Assembly (NCBI GenBank): GCA_965206595.1
Contig: OZ242214.1
Span: forward strand, 1,664,001-1,728,000
Length of the DNA: 64,000 nucleotides
Reading direction: 5' to 3'
Origin: Candidatus Latescibacterota bacterium
GTDB lineage: Bacteria > Latescibacterota > UBA2968 > UBA8231
Numbering within the stretch: position 1 is the stretch's first letter; every line of letters begins with the position of its first letter. Below, piece by piece: positions 40,384 to 50,663 of this stretch. Made by a program: the position numbers and the translations under genes. Under the pieces are notes generated by a model. That model had not been told where the DNA came from and searched no databases. It was given only the letters and a program-made list of their open reading frames with translations.

Positions 40384-41418
40384 GGGGTCCGCGCCGGTAA
40401 TTCGCGGAGACCGGACAGCTACATCCAGTCGATGGGGGATCCCGGCCTCCGCGGCCAGCTCGTCGAGGCGCCCGGCTTCCTCCCTGCCGATGCGGATGCC
40501 GGTCTGCCGCTGCTCCTTCTCCAGGCGGTCCTCGACCGTTCCCGGCAAGGTGGCTTCGTCGTACCCCTGCAGGGGAATCATCTGCTCGCGGGCGAGGCGG
40601 ACCATCTCGTCGACGCCGTTGCGGAAATCGCCCGGCGGGCAGAAGAGGCCGATGTCCATCACCCAGACCATGCCACCGAGTCTGGCGGCTGGGTATCTCC
40701 GCTTCGTCTCCCGGCACGACTCGTCGGCGAGGCCGACGAAGACCCCCCCGAGGGCGGTGGCGGCCGCGGTGTACCCCATCGACTTGAAGAACGCCGCGGG
40801 GATCAGGGTTTCCAGGGCCTCGTATTCCGGTCCGCGCCAGTAGTCGGCCATGATGCAGGTGGCGCAGTCGAGGACGACAGGGGGCTCCGAGGCGCTCGGC
40901 AGGCCGAAGCTGAGGGGCGGATTGCCGTAGTACATCGCCCGCTTCCCCTCGTTCGACTCGTAGTACTGCGGGTAGGACCCCTGTACCGAGAAGGCAGTGC
41001 AGCCCTCCTCCATGGCGCGCCGCACGTAGTGCCCGGCCGAGCCGTAATGGCCGATGTTGCAGGCCGCTCCGACGGCAACCCCCTTGGCGCGGGCCTTCCG
41101 GACCGCCGCCTCGGTAGCCATCATCATGGGCGAGTACCCGAGCCCGCCGCCGCCGTCGATCTGGATCGCCACGTCCGTCTCCTTGAGGACGCGAATCTCG
41201 GGGTCGGTGTTGACGACTCCGCCCTTTAGCGCGCCGCAGTAGCCGCCGAGGGCGCGGGTCCCGTGGGAGCGCACCCCGCGCAGATCGGAGTTGACCAGGC
41301 AGCGGGCCAGCAGCGAAGCCTGGTCGCCCGGCATGCCCGCATGCTGCAGGCTGGCGGTCGCGAAGGCCAACAGGTCCTTCTCGGCGATGCGTCTGAATTC
41401 TTCCGGGGGTCGGTTCAT
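40234..41418 (-). CDS. Ldh_2 family (malate/L-lactate-type) oxidoreductase; true end probably 40419
   Basis: DLRGVRSHG, DGGGGLG, HYGSAGHY, GNPPLS; removing one base in the G5 run 40434-40438 gives GIPIDWM* and removes the 150-bp overlap with the convergent gene. Confidence 0.85.
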   Translation of the reverse strand: MNRPPEEFRRIAEKDLLAFATASLQHAGMPGDQASLLARCLVNSDLRGVRSHGTRALGGYCGALKGGVVNTDPEIRVLKETDVAIQIDGGGGLGYSPMMMATEAAVRKARAKGVAVGAACNIGHYGSAGHYVRRAMEEGCTAFSVQGSYPQYYESNEGKRAMYYGNPPLSFGLPSASEPPVVLDCATCIMADYWRGPEYEALETLIPAAFFKSMGYTAAATALGGVFVGLADESCRETKRRYPAARLGGMVWVMDIGLFCPPGDFRNGVDEMVRLAREQMIPLQGYDEATLPGTVEDRLEKEQRQTGIRIGREEAGRLDELAAEAGIPHRLDVAVRSPRITGADPSPDNALGPQAGQLVLGNPGQLPEDFIGVLPQVGSRARIEDAVGLREPQR

Positions 41419-41428
41419 CGCGGCCCTT

Positions 41429-42991
41429 TCAGGAGTGGTACCTCAGCGCCCTGCCCGGCAACACCTCGGGCAGGGGATCGACCGCTGCCCCCCCGGAAAT
41501 CACCGGAACGCCGTTGACGAGCACCGTGTCGATGCCCGTTGGAAACTGGTGCGGATCCTCGTAGGTGGCGCGGTCGGCCACGGTCTCCGGGTCGAAGACG
41601 ACGACGTCGGCGTGGTACCCCTCGGCGATACAGCCTCGCCGGGTCAGCCCGAAGCGCTCCGCGGGGCGGCCGCTCAGCTTGTGAACCGCCTCCTCCAGGG
41701 AGAACAGCTTCTGTCCGCGCACGCAGGGGCCCAGCAGGCGGGGGGCCGATCCGTACACCCGGGGATGCACCTTTCCGTCCGGGAAGTAGATCCCGTCGGA
41801 ACCCATCATGTAGAGGTCGTGTTTGAGGAAGGGGGAGATCAGCGAGTCGTCGCCGTGATGGAAGACCAGCAGCACGGCGAGGCCCTCCTCGATCAGGAGG
41901 TCGCAGAGGGCGTCGGCGGGCGCCTTGCCGACCGCCTCGATGTACTCGGCGACCGAGCTGCCTATATGGCAGGCGTTCTCCGCGCTCTGCAGCCAGGCGA
42001 TATGGGTGTGGGGGAAACGGGTCGGCTCGAGGTCGGCGGCGAACTGTCTTCGCAGGGCCGGGTCCTTCAGCTTCGCCATCACCGCGAGCGGTCCGTCTTC
42101 CCAGATCTCGTACGGGAGCAGGAAGTTCAGCATCGTGCTTCCCGGCAGGTAGGGATACACGTCGAAGGAGAAGTCGACCTCGTGGCGCGCGGTTCCGTCG
42201 ACGTACTCGAGAACCTGTTCGATGGTCTCCTGGTCGGCTGCTTTCAGATGCGATATGTGCACGGGAATCCCGGCGCGCCTGCCGATCTCGACCGCCTCTT
42301 CCAGGGCGGCGAGAATCCCCTTCCGGTAGCGCATGTGGGTGACGTACAGACCGCGCTCCCCGGCCATTGCCTCGCACGCTTCCACGAGCTCGTCGGTGGT
42401 GGCGAAGCACTGGGAGATGTAGTCGAGGCCGGTGGAGACGCCGACCGCTCCCTCGGCCATGCCGCGCTCGATCTCCCGCCGGATCAGGGTCATCTGGTAG
42501 TCGTCGGGGACGCCGCGGCCGAAGCCGCAGGCCATGCTGCGGACGTTGGCGTACGGGATGTGGGCAATGGCGTTCTGTACGTTCGCCCCGTCGACGCGTT
42601 CCATGTATTCCCCCAAGCTCCTCCATCCGTCGTACTCGCTGTACGACAGCGCGTTGAGCGACTTCATGTAGAAGATCCACTCAGGTGCGGTTTCGCAGTC
42701 GACCGGGGCATAGGAGATGCCGTCCGCCATGATGACCTCGGTGGTGAACCCCTGGGATGTCTTGGCCTGCAGGTGGGGGGTCTTCAGCAGCCAGGCGTCG
42801 GTGTGGTTGTGGGTGTCGACGAACCCCGGGGCGACGATCCTGCCCGAAGCGTCGATGCGACGAACGCTCGCAGATGCGGACAGGTCTCCGACCGCAGCGA
42901 TGCGGTCGCCGGAGACGAGGACATCCGCCCTGAAGCGTGCGGCGCCCGTTCCGTCGATGACGGTGCCGTTGAGGATGGCGATTCCTGTCAT
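41429..42991 (-). CDS. N-acyl-D-amino-acid deacylase (D-aminoacylase) family amidohydrolase
   Basis: VIDGTG, APGFVDTHNHTD, STGLDY, HISHLK, GSDG, HPRVYG, ADVVVFDP. Confidence 0.9.
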   Translation of the reverse strand: MTGIAILNGTVIDGTGAARFRADVLVSGDRIAAVGDLSASASVRRIDASGRIVAPGFVDTHNHTDAWLLKTPHLQAKTSQGFTTEVIMADGISYAPVDCETAPEWIFYMKSLNALSYSEYDGWRSLGEYMERVDGANVQNAIAHIPYANVRSMACGFGRGVPDDYQMTLIRREIERGMAEGAVGVSTGLDYISQCFATTDELVEACEAMAGERGLYVTHMRYRKGILAALEEAVEIGRRAGIPVHISHLKAADQETIEQVLEYVDGTARHEVDFSFDVYPYLPGSTMLNFLLPYEIWEDGPLAVMAKLKDPALRRQFAADLEPTRFPHTHIAWLQSAENACHIGSSVAEYIEAVGKAPADALCDLLIEEGLAVLLVFHHGDDSLISPFLKHDLYMMGSDGIYFPDGKVHPRVYGSAPRLLGPCVRGQKLFSLEEAVHKLSGRPAERFGLTRRGCIAEGYHADVVVFDPETVADRATYEDPHQFPTGIDTVLVNGVPVISGGAAVDPLPEVLPGRALRYHS

Positions 42992-44353
42992 GAGGCTGCC
43001 GGGAAATGCAGGCCGGCGGTTTCCGACAGCGGTTCGAGCTCGTAGTCGTCGAACCACGTGGTGCCGGGGCCGTCCTGGCGGAGGACGATGAGGATCGCGG
43101 TGATCTGCGGAGGCGGGGGACCGTGTATCTCCACCTCGAGACGGGTCCAGTCGTTGGTTCCGGCAAGGTGTTCGGAGCGCACGAACGGGAACCGCTGCGG
43201 CGCGTGGAAAACGTTCCAGGTCATCGAAAGGGAGGCGCCGCGGCCCCCGACCTCTTCGGTCTTCGCCCATACCGAAATGCGGAAACCGGTCGAATCGCGC
43301 CACTTCGGCATGAACATCCCCTCCGATTCCTGGGGCAGGCACCACTCGGACGGCCCGGCGGTCCGCTTGGAGACCTTGAGGGAGAAGCGGTCGGAGCGCC
43401 CCTCGTCGGGGCACCACTCCAACCCCTCTCCCTCGGGAAGCCAGACCCAGGGGTCGGTAGGGTCGCTGGACGGTTCGTCGAACCGCAGTCCGGTCGCGAA
43501 GCTGCTGCGGCGCTCGTACCGGGGAAGCTCGGCGAAGCCCTGGTGCAGGATCGGGGGTACCGGCTCGGCGCGCTCCTGCAGCCGGTGGGCGTGTTCGTCC
43601 GGGCAGAGCCTGACGCGAAACCGCGGGGACGGCACGTCGTACAGCTCGTCGCGGGAGAACCGGGCCCCCAGGTGGATGTCGTACCCCCAGCTGCACACCC
43701 CGACCGAAGTTCGGTCCGCGGTGTCGCCGACGAACTCGAAGGCAGGGTTGTTGCCCTCGTCGTGGGCGAGCACGAACAGGCCGCCCCGCTTGAACGCCTG
43801 CGGCGACGGGATGCCGGCCATGTGGTTGAGCGGCATCTGCCAGACGCTCCCATCCGCCTTCTCGGCGAGCAGGTGGGAGTAGCGCTTCTTCCACATGCCC
43901 GGGAACTCGATCGAGGGGGCCGGAATGTCGCTGTACCAGGGATCGCTGTACTCGAAGAGGACTTCCTCGGCGCGGTCGAAGAGCTCGGGGCTGTGGAGGT
44001 CGAGGTGGGCGGTGAAGTCGTAGACGTAGGAGGCCGATTCCCCGTCGTACGTCAGGACAAGGACCCGCAGCGAGGTGGCGGCGCAACCCTGGTCCCGGGA
44101 GAGGACGCTGATGGTCAGGCGGTCCGTCCCTTCACCTGTGACGGCTACGTCGATCAGCTCGGTGGTGCTCAGGTGGCCGAGTTTCCAGTACATCTGCACC
44201 CCGGCGACGAGGGGCCTGCCCCCGGGAGCGAGCTTCAGATCCCGGAGGTTTATCGGTTTGAGGTTGGCATCGAAATAGCGTAGAATCTGCTCCGGCTGCT
44301 CGATTAGGATGTTCTCGAAGCGGGCGATCGGCTCATCCCCGTCCTAAATCCAT
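42988..44353 (-). CDS. Hypothetical protein with C-terminal carbohydrate-binding-module-like domain; probable frameshift just after start
   Basis: Frame is open from ~44343 down to 42988; ATG at 44353 is one base out of frame; C-terminal ISVWAKT...GTNDWTRL...GTTWFDD resembles CBM4/9. Confidence 0.6.
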
Positions 44354-44651
44354 TCCTCACCGGCCGAGACCCCGCCGTGGGTCCTGAAAGTGAAGCAGCT
44401 TCGATGGCCCATGGGCACTTGTTTGGTTGGGTGTCCCGAGGCGGAGCAGCGTAATCCACTCCATCCGTTCCGGTTGCGGCCGCCCCTCATCCCGGCGGAA
44501 AACGGCTTTCACCTGAGGCGGCCTGCTTTAATTCAGCAGCGATTGCTGTCGAGGCGAGCCGTCGAAGATATCGCCGCCCCAAACCGGGAGCAACAGCGCC
44601 CACCAGCCGCACCTTTTCCTTCCGCGCCGTTTCCGATTACGAGGTGACGAC

Positions 44652-45467
44652 TTGATAGTCGACCCCCACACCCATGTATGGGTCAACGATCCCGAGTTTC
44701 CGTGGCCGGCGGAGAACCCCGGTCCGCCCCAGGAGGACCGCACCGCGGAGATGCTGCTCCGGGAGATGGACGCCCACGGCGTCGATAAAACCGTGCTGGT
44801 CCAGGTCATCCATTACCGCTGGGATAACCGCTACGTCGTCGACGCGGTGCGCCGCTACCCGGGCAAGTTCATGGCGGTCGGCCGGATCGACCCGGAAGAC
44901 CCGGCCTCCCCCGACCATCTCAGCATGTGGACGGAGGAGCACGGACTTCACGGGGTGCGGCTCTCTCCCTCGGTCGATGCCGTCGGCGACTGGTTCGGCG
45001 GCCCCCTGATGCCGCCGATCTTCGCCCGCGCCCAGTTTCTCGGGGTTCCGCTGCTGCTGTTGACGGGGCCTTCCCGCCTCCGGGAGCTGGTCCCCCTGCT
45101 GGAGGCGCACGGCGACCTCGACGTCGTCATCGATCACATGGCCGACATCCATCCCGACGACGCCGCGGGCAGAAGGATCCTGATGGAGCTGGCGCGCTTT
45201 CCCAGGGTCTATGTCAAGATCTCGCACACCTGGAGCATTTCCCGCCAGGCCTATCCCTGGGCGGACACCCACGGGCTGGTAGAGGAGGTGTACGAGTCTT
45301 TCGGCCCCCGGCGCATCATGTGGGGCACCGATTGGCCCGTCTGCCTGGGCAAGGCGGAGTACGGACAGACCCTCAGCGTCGTCAGGGACGAGATGAGGTT
45401 CGTTTCAGCCGGGGACCTGGAATGGGTGCTCGGGAAGACGGCGCTGCGGCTGTGGCCGTTCTCCTGA
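44652..45467 (+). CDS. Amidohydrolase family 2 protein
   Basis: DPHTHVW, GVRL, VIDHMA, YVKIS, FGPRRIMWGTDWP. Confidence 0.9.
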   Translation: MIVDPHTHVWVNDPEFPWPAENPGPPQEDRTAEMLLREMDAHGVDKTVLVQVIHYRWDNRYVVDAVRRYPGKFMAVGRIDPEDPASPDHLSMWTEEHGLHGVRLSPSVDAVGDWFGGPLMPPIFARAQFLGVPLLLLTGPSRLRELVPLLEAHGDLDVVIDHMADIHPDDAAGRRILMELARFPRVYVKISHTWSISRQAYPWADTHGLVEEVYESFGPRRIMWGTDWPVCLGKAEYGQTLSVVRDEMRFVSAGDLEWVLGKTALRLWPFS

Positions 45468-45501
45468 GCGTTTCTGGAGTGCCGCGGGTGGAGGGCTGGA
45501 G

Positions 45502-46369
45502 ATGATCCGCATCGGCATCGTCGGCTCCGAAAACAGCCACACCGCGGCGATCGCCAAGGTCCTCAATGTCGACAGGAGAGTGGCGCGCGCGCGTAACCCA
45601 AATCTGGGGCGAGACCTTGGCGTACGCGCGCGAGGCGGCAGGGTCGGGGCGGGTTCCGGTCATAGTCAGGAAACCCGAGGAGATGATCGGGGAGGTCGAC
45701 GGAGTGGTGGTCGATCAACGTCACGGGGCCGAGCATCTGTCCGCGGCAAGGCCGTTCCTCGAAGAGGGGCTGCCCCTGTTCATCGACAAGCCGTTCTGCT
45801 ACCGGACCGCGGAGGGGCGGCGCTTCCTGAAGCGGGCGCGGACGCTCTCGGTGCCGGTATGTTCCTTCTCGGTGCTTCCCAGGCAGGCGAGTTTCCGGTC
45901 GCTGCAGGAGAAGGTCCCCCGCCTCGGGACCCTGCACTCGGTTACGACCACCGGGCCGTGCGACGTCAGGTCGAAGTGGGGGGGCATCTTTTTCTACGGC
46001 ATCCACCAGGTCGACATGCTGGTGCGGCTGCTGGGGTACGACTTCTATCGCGGCTGCGTCACCCGGGGCCGCGGCAGCAACCACACCGCCTCCGTCCTGT
46101 ATCGCGACGGCGCCGTGGGAACGATGAACCTCATCGGCGCGGGCACTCCCGCCTTTCACGTATCCGCGATCGGGGAGAAGGGGCGGCTGGACTCGGTGAT
46201 CGCCATGGACAGGAGCATGTACCTCGCCGGGGTCCGGGAGTTCGTGCACATGTTCGCGACCGGTGAGACCTCCGAGACGGACGAGACCATGCTCGGTCCG
46301 GTTGCCGTGCTCGAAGGTCTCGAGAAATCGCTGGCCCACCCGCACGCGCGGGTGGGCCTCAGACTGTAA
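45502..46369 (+). CDS. Gfo/Idh/MocA oxidoreductase, frameshifted in (GC)n run ~45583-45594
   Basis: MIRIGIVGSENSH in one frame; RHGAEH...FIDKP...FYGIH in the next frame. Confidence 0.8.
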
Positions 46370-46383
46370 CCAGAAAAGGAGCG

Positions 46384-47517
46384 ATGGCGACGATGCAACT
46401 GAAAACCGCCGCGGAGACGCGCTACGACGCCGTCTCCCTGGGTGAGGTGCTGCTGAGGATCGATCCGGGAGACGTGCCGACGGCCAGGGCGAGGACGGCG
46501 CGCATATGGCAGGGCGGGGGAGAAACCAACGTCGCCGTCGGCCTGAGCTACACCTTCGGGCTCAGAGCCGCGGTCCTGACCGCCCTCGTCGATGACGGCG
46601 TCGGCCGCAACATAGAGAACCAGCTCAGGGAGGTGGGGCTCGACACGAGCCACGTCATCTGGTTCAACAACTTCGGAAAGGGGAAGTACAGCACCGACGC
46701 CAAGGGGACGCTGCACAACGGCGTCAACTTCACCTGGGCGGGCAAAGGCCTGCTTCCCTCGGTGACTGAATACTACCGCGCCCACACACCGATCCGGGAA
46801 ATCGGCCCGGGGGATGTCGATTGGGATCACCTGTTCGGCGAGGTCGGGACCCGCTGGTTCAGCACCGGAGGCATCTACACGCTGCTGTCGCCGAAGACTG
46901 CCGCCCTTGCCGAAGAGGGGATGAGAAAAGCGGGGGAGCACGGCGTCGGGCGGTCGTTCGACCTCAACTACCGCTCCAAAGTCGAGCCGGACAAGGAGCG
47001 CGCCCGCCAAATCAACCGCGGCATCGTCCCCCACGTCGACTTCCTGGTCGGCAACCACGACGACTTCGACGACGCTCTCGGGTACGAGACCCAACCGGTG
47101 CCGAAGGACGCCCCGTTCGAGGAATGGCTGAATGCCTATACGGGGATGCTGCGGCAGGTCGCCGGCGACTACCCCAACATCAGGCTGATCGGCACGCAGC
47201 TGCGCGGGGCCCTGAGCGCCGACCGCATCGACTGGGGGGCAGTGCTCTACGATGTCGAGAGCGACGCCGTGCACCAAGCCGTGGTGCGTGAGAACGTCGA
47301 GATAGCCGACCGCACCGGAGGGGGCGATTCCTTCGCATCCGGCGTGGTCGCTGCCACGCTGAACGGCAAGGGGCCGGAAGAGGCGGTCCAGTGGGGGGCC
47401 GCCCACGGCATCCTGGTGCAGGAAACCCCCGGTGACATCACCTTCGTAAAGCAGGGCGACGTCGAGAAAGAGATAGGCCGGGCCCTCGCTGGCGGGGGTG
47501 TATCGGCGCTGCGCTGA
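46384..47517 (+). CDS. PfkB family sugar kinase (2-dehydro-3-deoxygluconokinase-like)
   Basis: LGEVLLR, GGGETNVA, FDLNYR, DRTGGGDSFASG. Confidence 0.88.
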   Translation: MATMQLKTAAETRYDAVSLGEVLLRIDPGDVPTARARTARIWQGGGETNVAVGLSYTFGLRAAVLTALVDDGVGRNIENQLREVGLDTSHVIWFNNFGKGKYSTDAKGTLHNGVNFTWAGKGLLPSVTEYYRAHTPIREIGPGDVDWDHLFGEVGTRWFSTGGIYTLLSPKTAALAEEGMRKAGEHGVGRSFDLNYRSKVEPDKERARQINRGIVPHVDFLVGNHDDFDDALGYETQPVPKDAPFEEWLNAYTGMLRQVAGDYPNIRLIGTQLRGALSADRIDWGAVLYDVESDAVHQAVVRENVEIADRTGGGDSFASGVVAATLNGKGPEEAVQWGAAHGILVQETPGDITFVKQGDVEKEIGRALAGGGVSALR

Positions 47518-47703
47518 CGGCCGTCCGCTGGCCCTTCACATACCCCGGCGGATGCCCTCTGTCGCAGCGGAGTCATGGAGTCCTTTCCACTTCAGGCCAT
47601 TATTGGCCGATCCATCCGTCTCCGCCTGAGCCATGGTCATCTGTTTCCGGGCAAGGGCAGGTAGCACCCCTTCCGCAAACCATCTCCTGGTTTTTCGCGG
47701 AAA

Positions 47704-49260
47704 TCAGCGGGCTTCGCGAACTTCGCCGCGGAGCCCCGTCCATACGCAGACCGCCATACCCAGCAAGACGATGGCGAACGGGAAGCCGGATGCAAGCGAG
47801 GCCGCCTGCAGCGAGTTCAGGCCTCCGCCGAGCAGGAGGGCTATGGCGACCAGTCCCTCGACCATGCACCAGAAGACACGTTGGGCTGCCGGGGCGTCGA
47901 CCCTTCCGCCGGCGGCGATGGTATCGATGATCAGCGATCCCGAGTCCGAAGAAGTAACGAAAAACAGGACCGTAAGGAGTATCGCGACGGACGAAAGCAG
48001 CTTACCCAACGGGAGCTGGTCGAACATTTTGAACAGGGCGATCTCCAACCTCCACGCCTCGACGTTTTCCGTCACGCCGGTATAGCCCTCGACGACATGT
48101 TGGTGCAGGGCGGTACCGCCGAAAGCACCGAACCACAGCAGGCAGGAGGCGGCCGGAAGGATCAGCACGAAAGTCATGAATTCGCGAACCGTGCGGCCTT
48201 TCGAGATGCGGGCAATGAAGGTGCCGACGAAGGGTGCCCAGGCGAGCCACCACGCCCAGTAGAACGTCGTCCAGCCATGCAGGAAGTCCGTGTCCTCGCG
48301 CCCTGCCCAGTTGCTGAGAGGCACGATCTTTGCGAAATAGCTGCCGAGCGCAGCGAACATGCCCTGGAGAATGTAGAGCGTCGGTCCGAGCAGGATGACC
48401 GCCGCAAGCAACAGGAAGGCGAGGATCAGGTTGAGCTGGCTGAGCCGCTTGATACCGGAATCGAGGCCTGCCAGCACCGATGCCAGGGCGATGGAGGTTA
48501 TCACCACGATCAGGCACACCATGGTGGTGCCGGTGGCGGGAACGTCGAACAGGTAGTTCAGACCCGAGGTCAGCTGCTTGACTCCAAGGCCGAGGGAGGT
48601 GGCGAGCCCGAAGAGCCCGGCAAAGATCGCGAAGGTATCGATGATATGGCCGGGCCAGCCCCAGACGCGGTCGCCGAACAGGGGGTGAAACGCCGAGCGG
48701 ATGGTGAAGGGAAGTCCCCGGTTGTAGGCGAAGTACCCGAGGGCGAGTCCGACGAGCCCGTATATGCCCCATCCGTGCAGCCCCCAGTGAAAGACCGTTG
48801 CCGCTATGGCGACCGCAGCCGCTTCCTCGGTTCCGGCGGCAATTCCCAGCGGCGGGTTCTGATAGTAGTAGACCGGTTCCGCCACCCCGTAGAACAGCAG
48901 GCCTATCCCTACGCCCGCGGCAAAGAGCATGGAGAACCAGGTCGTGTTGGAGTACTCCGGTTTTGCTCCGGCGCCCCCGAGGCGCACCCTGCCCAGAGGG
49001 GAGAATGCCACGTACAGGCAGAAGAGCAGAATGAGGTTGGCGGTGGACATGAAGAACCAGTCGAGCCTCGTGGTGAGCCACTCGCGGGTATTGTTGAATA
49101 CTTCGGTTGCCGCTTCCCGGAACAACAGCGTCCCGATGACGAAGGCGACGATGGTGATACTGGATATCACGAACACCGGAGTCAGGTGGATCTCCAGACC
49201 GAACAGCTTCCGGTACTGTACGTCGTCAGGCCGTAGCGGTTGCTTTTCCTCTTGGTTCAT
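47704..49260 (-). CDS. BCCT family (betaine/carnitine/choline) transporter
   Basis: WFSMLFAAGVGIG, FHWGLHGW, WTTFYWAWWLAWAPFVGTFIARISKGRT, TSSDS. Confidence 0.95.
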   Translation of the reverse strand: MNQEEKQPLRPDDVQYRKLFGLEIHLTPVFVISSITIVAFVIGTLLFREAATEVFNNTREWLTTRLDWFFMSTANLILLFCLYVAFSPLGRVRLGGAGAKPEYSNTTWFSMLFAAGVGIGLLFYGVAEPVYYYQNPPLGIAAGTEEAAAVAIAATVFHWGLHGWGIYGLVGLALGYFAYNRGLPFTIRSAFHPLFGDRVWGWPGHIIDTFAIFAGLFGLATSLGLGVKQLTSGLNYLFDVPATGTTMVCLIVVITSIALASVLAGLDSGIKRLSQLNLILAFLLLAAVILLGPTLYILQGMFAALGSYFAKIVPLSNWAGREDTDFLHGWTTFYWAWWLAWAPFVGTFIARISKGRTVREFMTFVLILPAASCLLWFGAFGGTALHQHVVEGYTGVTENVEAWRLEIALFKMFDQLPLGKLLSSVAILLTVLFFVTSSDSGSLIIDTIAAGGRVDAPAAQRVFWCMVEGLVAIALLLGGGLNSLQAASLASGFPFAIVLLGMAVCVWTGLRGEVREAR

Positions 49261-49519
49261 TTCAAAAGGTTTCCTCGCCGCCCCTCACGATGCCGAAGGG
49301 CTTGTTTTCGCCCCTGAAGACACTGGGGGTGGAGGGTATATAGGTGGGCCGCTGTTCCCCGCCGGGCAGGTCTGAATAGCGCCAGTTTCCAGGGTGGGCG
49401 AATCAGCGGGCCCGGCCGAAGCGGCCGTCGCCTAGCGTGATAGTTTGGAAAGGGGCCTCCCCCTCGCCGCAGATCGGTTCCCAAACAGGAACCCGTTCAG
49501 AACAGCTTTCCCGTCCCGG

Positions 49520-50597
49520 AGGGGAGTTGGAAGGAGACCGCAAGCTTGAACCGCCGGCCCTTGGAACTGTGGGTCAAGCCGTCGTGGGCGTGTTCCCGGT
49601 TGACCAGAGGCGGCTTGGCGCCGGTCAGGTTGAGCGCCGAGAAGGTGAGGCCGATTCCCCCGGACAGGTTCCACAGGAAGTTCAGGTTTCAGGTCAGGAA
49701 GGGGTGGACGGTGCGGAAGTCGGAGTCCGCGGTCTCCCGCTGGTCTTCGTAGGAGGGGATGTAGTTCAGGTGCTGGACCAAGCTGTAACCACCTCGGTGG
49801 TAGCCGGCGGCGAGCCGCCATTTCCATTGCGGAATCGGCACCGCGATCGGAAGGGACTCGTTCAGGTAGCCTGCAGCCTCCTGCGCCGATTGCAGCTCCA
49901 GTCCGTTCAGGAGCAGTGCCCGCACGCGGTACTCGCGCGTGAAGGTGCCCCTCAAACCGCCTGAGAACTCCCCCTTCCCGGCGGGATACCTGGTGCTCAG
50001 GTGCCAGTCGAAACCGGAGGTCTTCAGGCCGGGTGAAGGTGAACGGCCCCGCTTTCTCTGCGCAGTCCCTGTTGCCCAGGACCCCGCAGGGGTTGAGATC
50101 GAGGTTGCCCGGCTCGTTGGGGAAAGCGGACACGTCGAAGTGACGGAACTGGTAGCCGACAGCGTAGCTGGCGTCCTCGATCCATGTGCCGGTCAGGGTG
50201 GCCTCGGCGACCTCCAGGGTAAACGGTGTTGTCCAGATTGACTTCCTCGTTGATCCAGGCGAGCAGTTCGGGGCTGTTTCCGAGGCCGGGACTCGACGGC
50301 GGCCGTTATCCCGGCCTGCACGGACAAGGTTGCGCTTGCCCGCGAGTAGCCGATCAATTCCGCCCTCACCTCGTGCTTGCCTACAGGAAGGTCGGGAAGC
50401 ACGAGGCGTCCCTTCTCGTCCGACAAGCCTCCGAGGTCCACCCCAGGGATGTAGACCCGGGCCGCTTCCACGGCCTGGCCGTTGTCGTCGTCGATCACGG
50501 TGACGACGAGTACACCTGTGGACTGCGCCCGCAGCGGTCCGGCCAGAAGCAATGCCGCGCCGATCAGGGTTGGAATGGAACTGCTCCGAGGCTTCAT
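49520..50597 (-). pseudogene. Internally deleted TonB-dependent receptor paralog of 50664-53831
   Basis: RBS and signal peptide, then colinear fragments (SPELLAWINEEV, TLTGTWIED, KTSG, AAGYLN, LNYIPSYED, KGRRFKLAV); two large deletions, a frameshift and a TGA at 49689-49691. Confidence 0.85.
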
Positions 50598-50663
50598 GTG
50601 ACCACTCCTCCTTGGGGCAGCATGCTGCCGGCTAAAAGCCGGCATGTCCTTCCCGGCGGGCCC

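Noticed and set aside
40234-40418. 150-bp convergent overlap between the Ldh_2 and CoA-transferase genes
   Set aside because: Better explained by one extra base in the G5 run that hides a stop at 40419-40421
41429-44086. 885-aa ORF as a large fusion with D-aminoacylase
   Set aside because: The N-terminal ~360 aa is an alternate frame over the upstream gene; the real start is 42991
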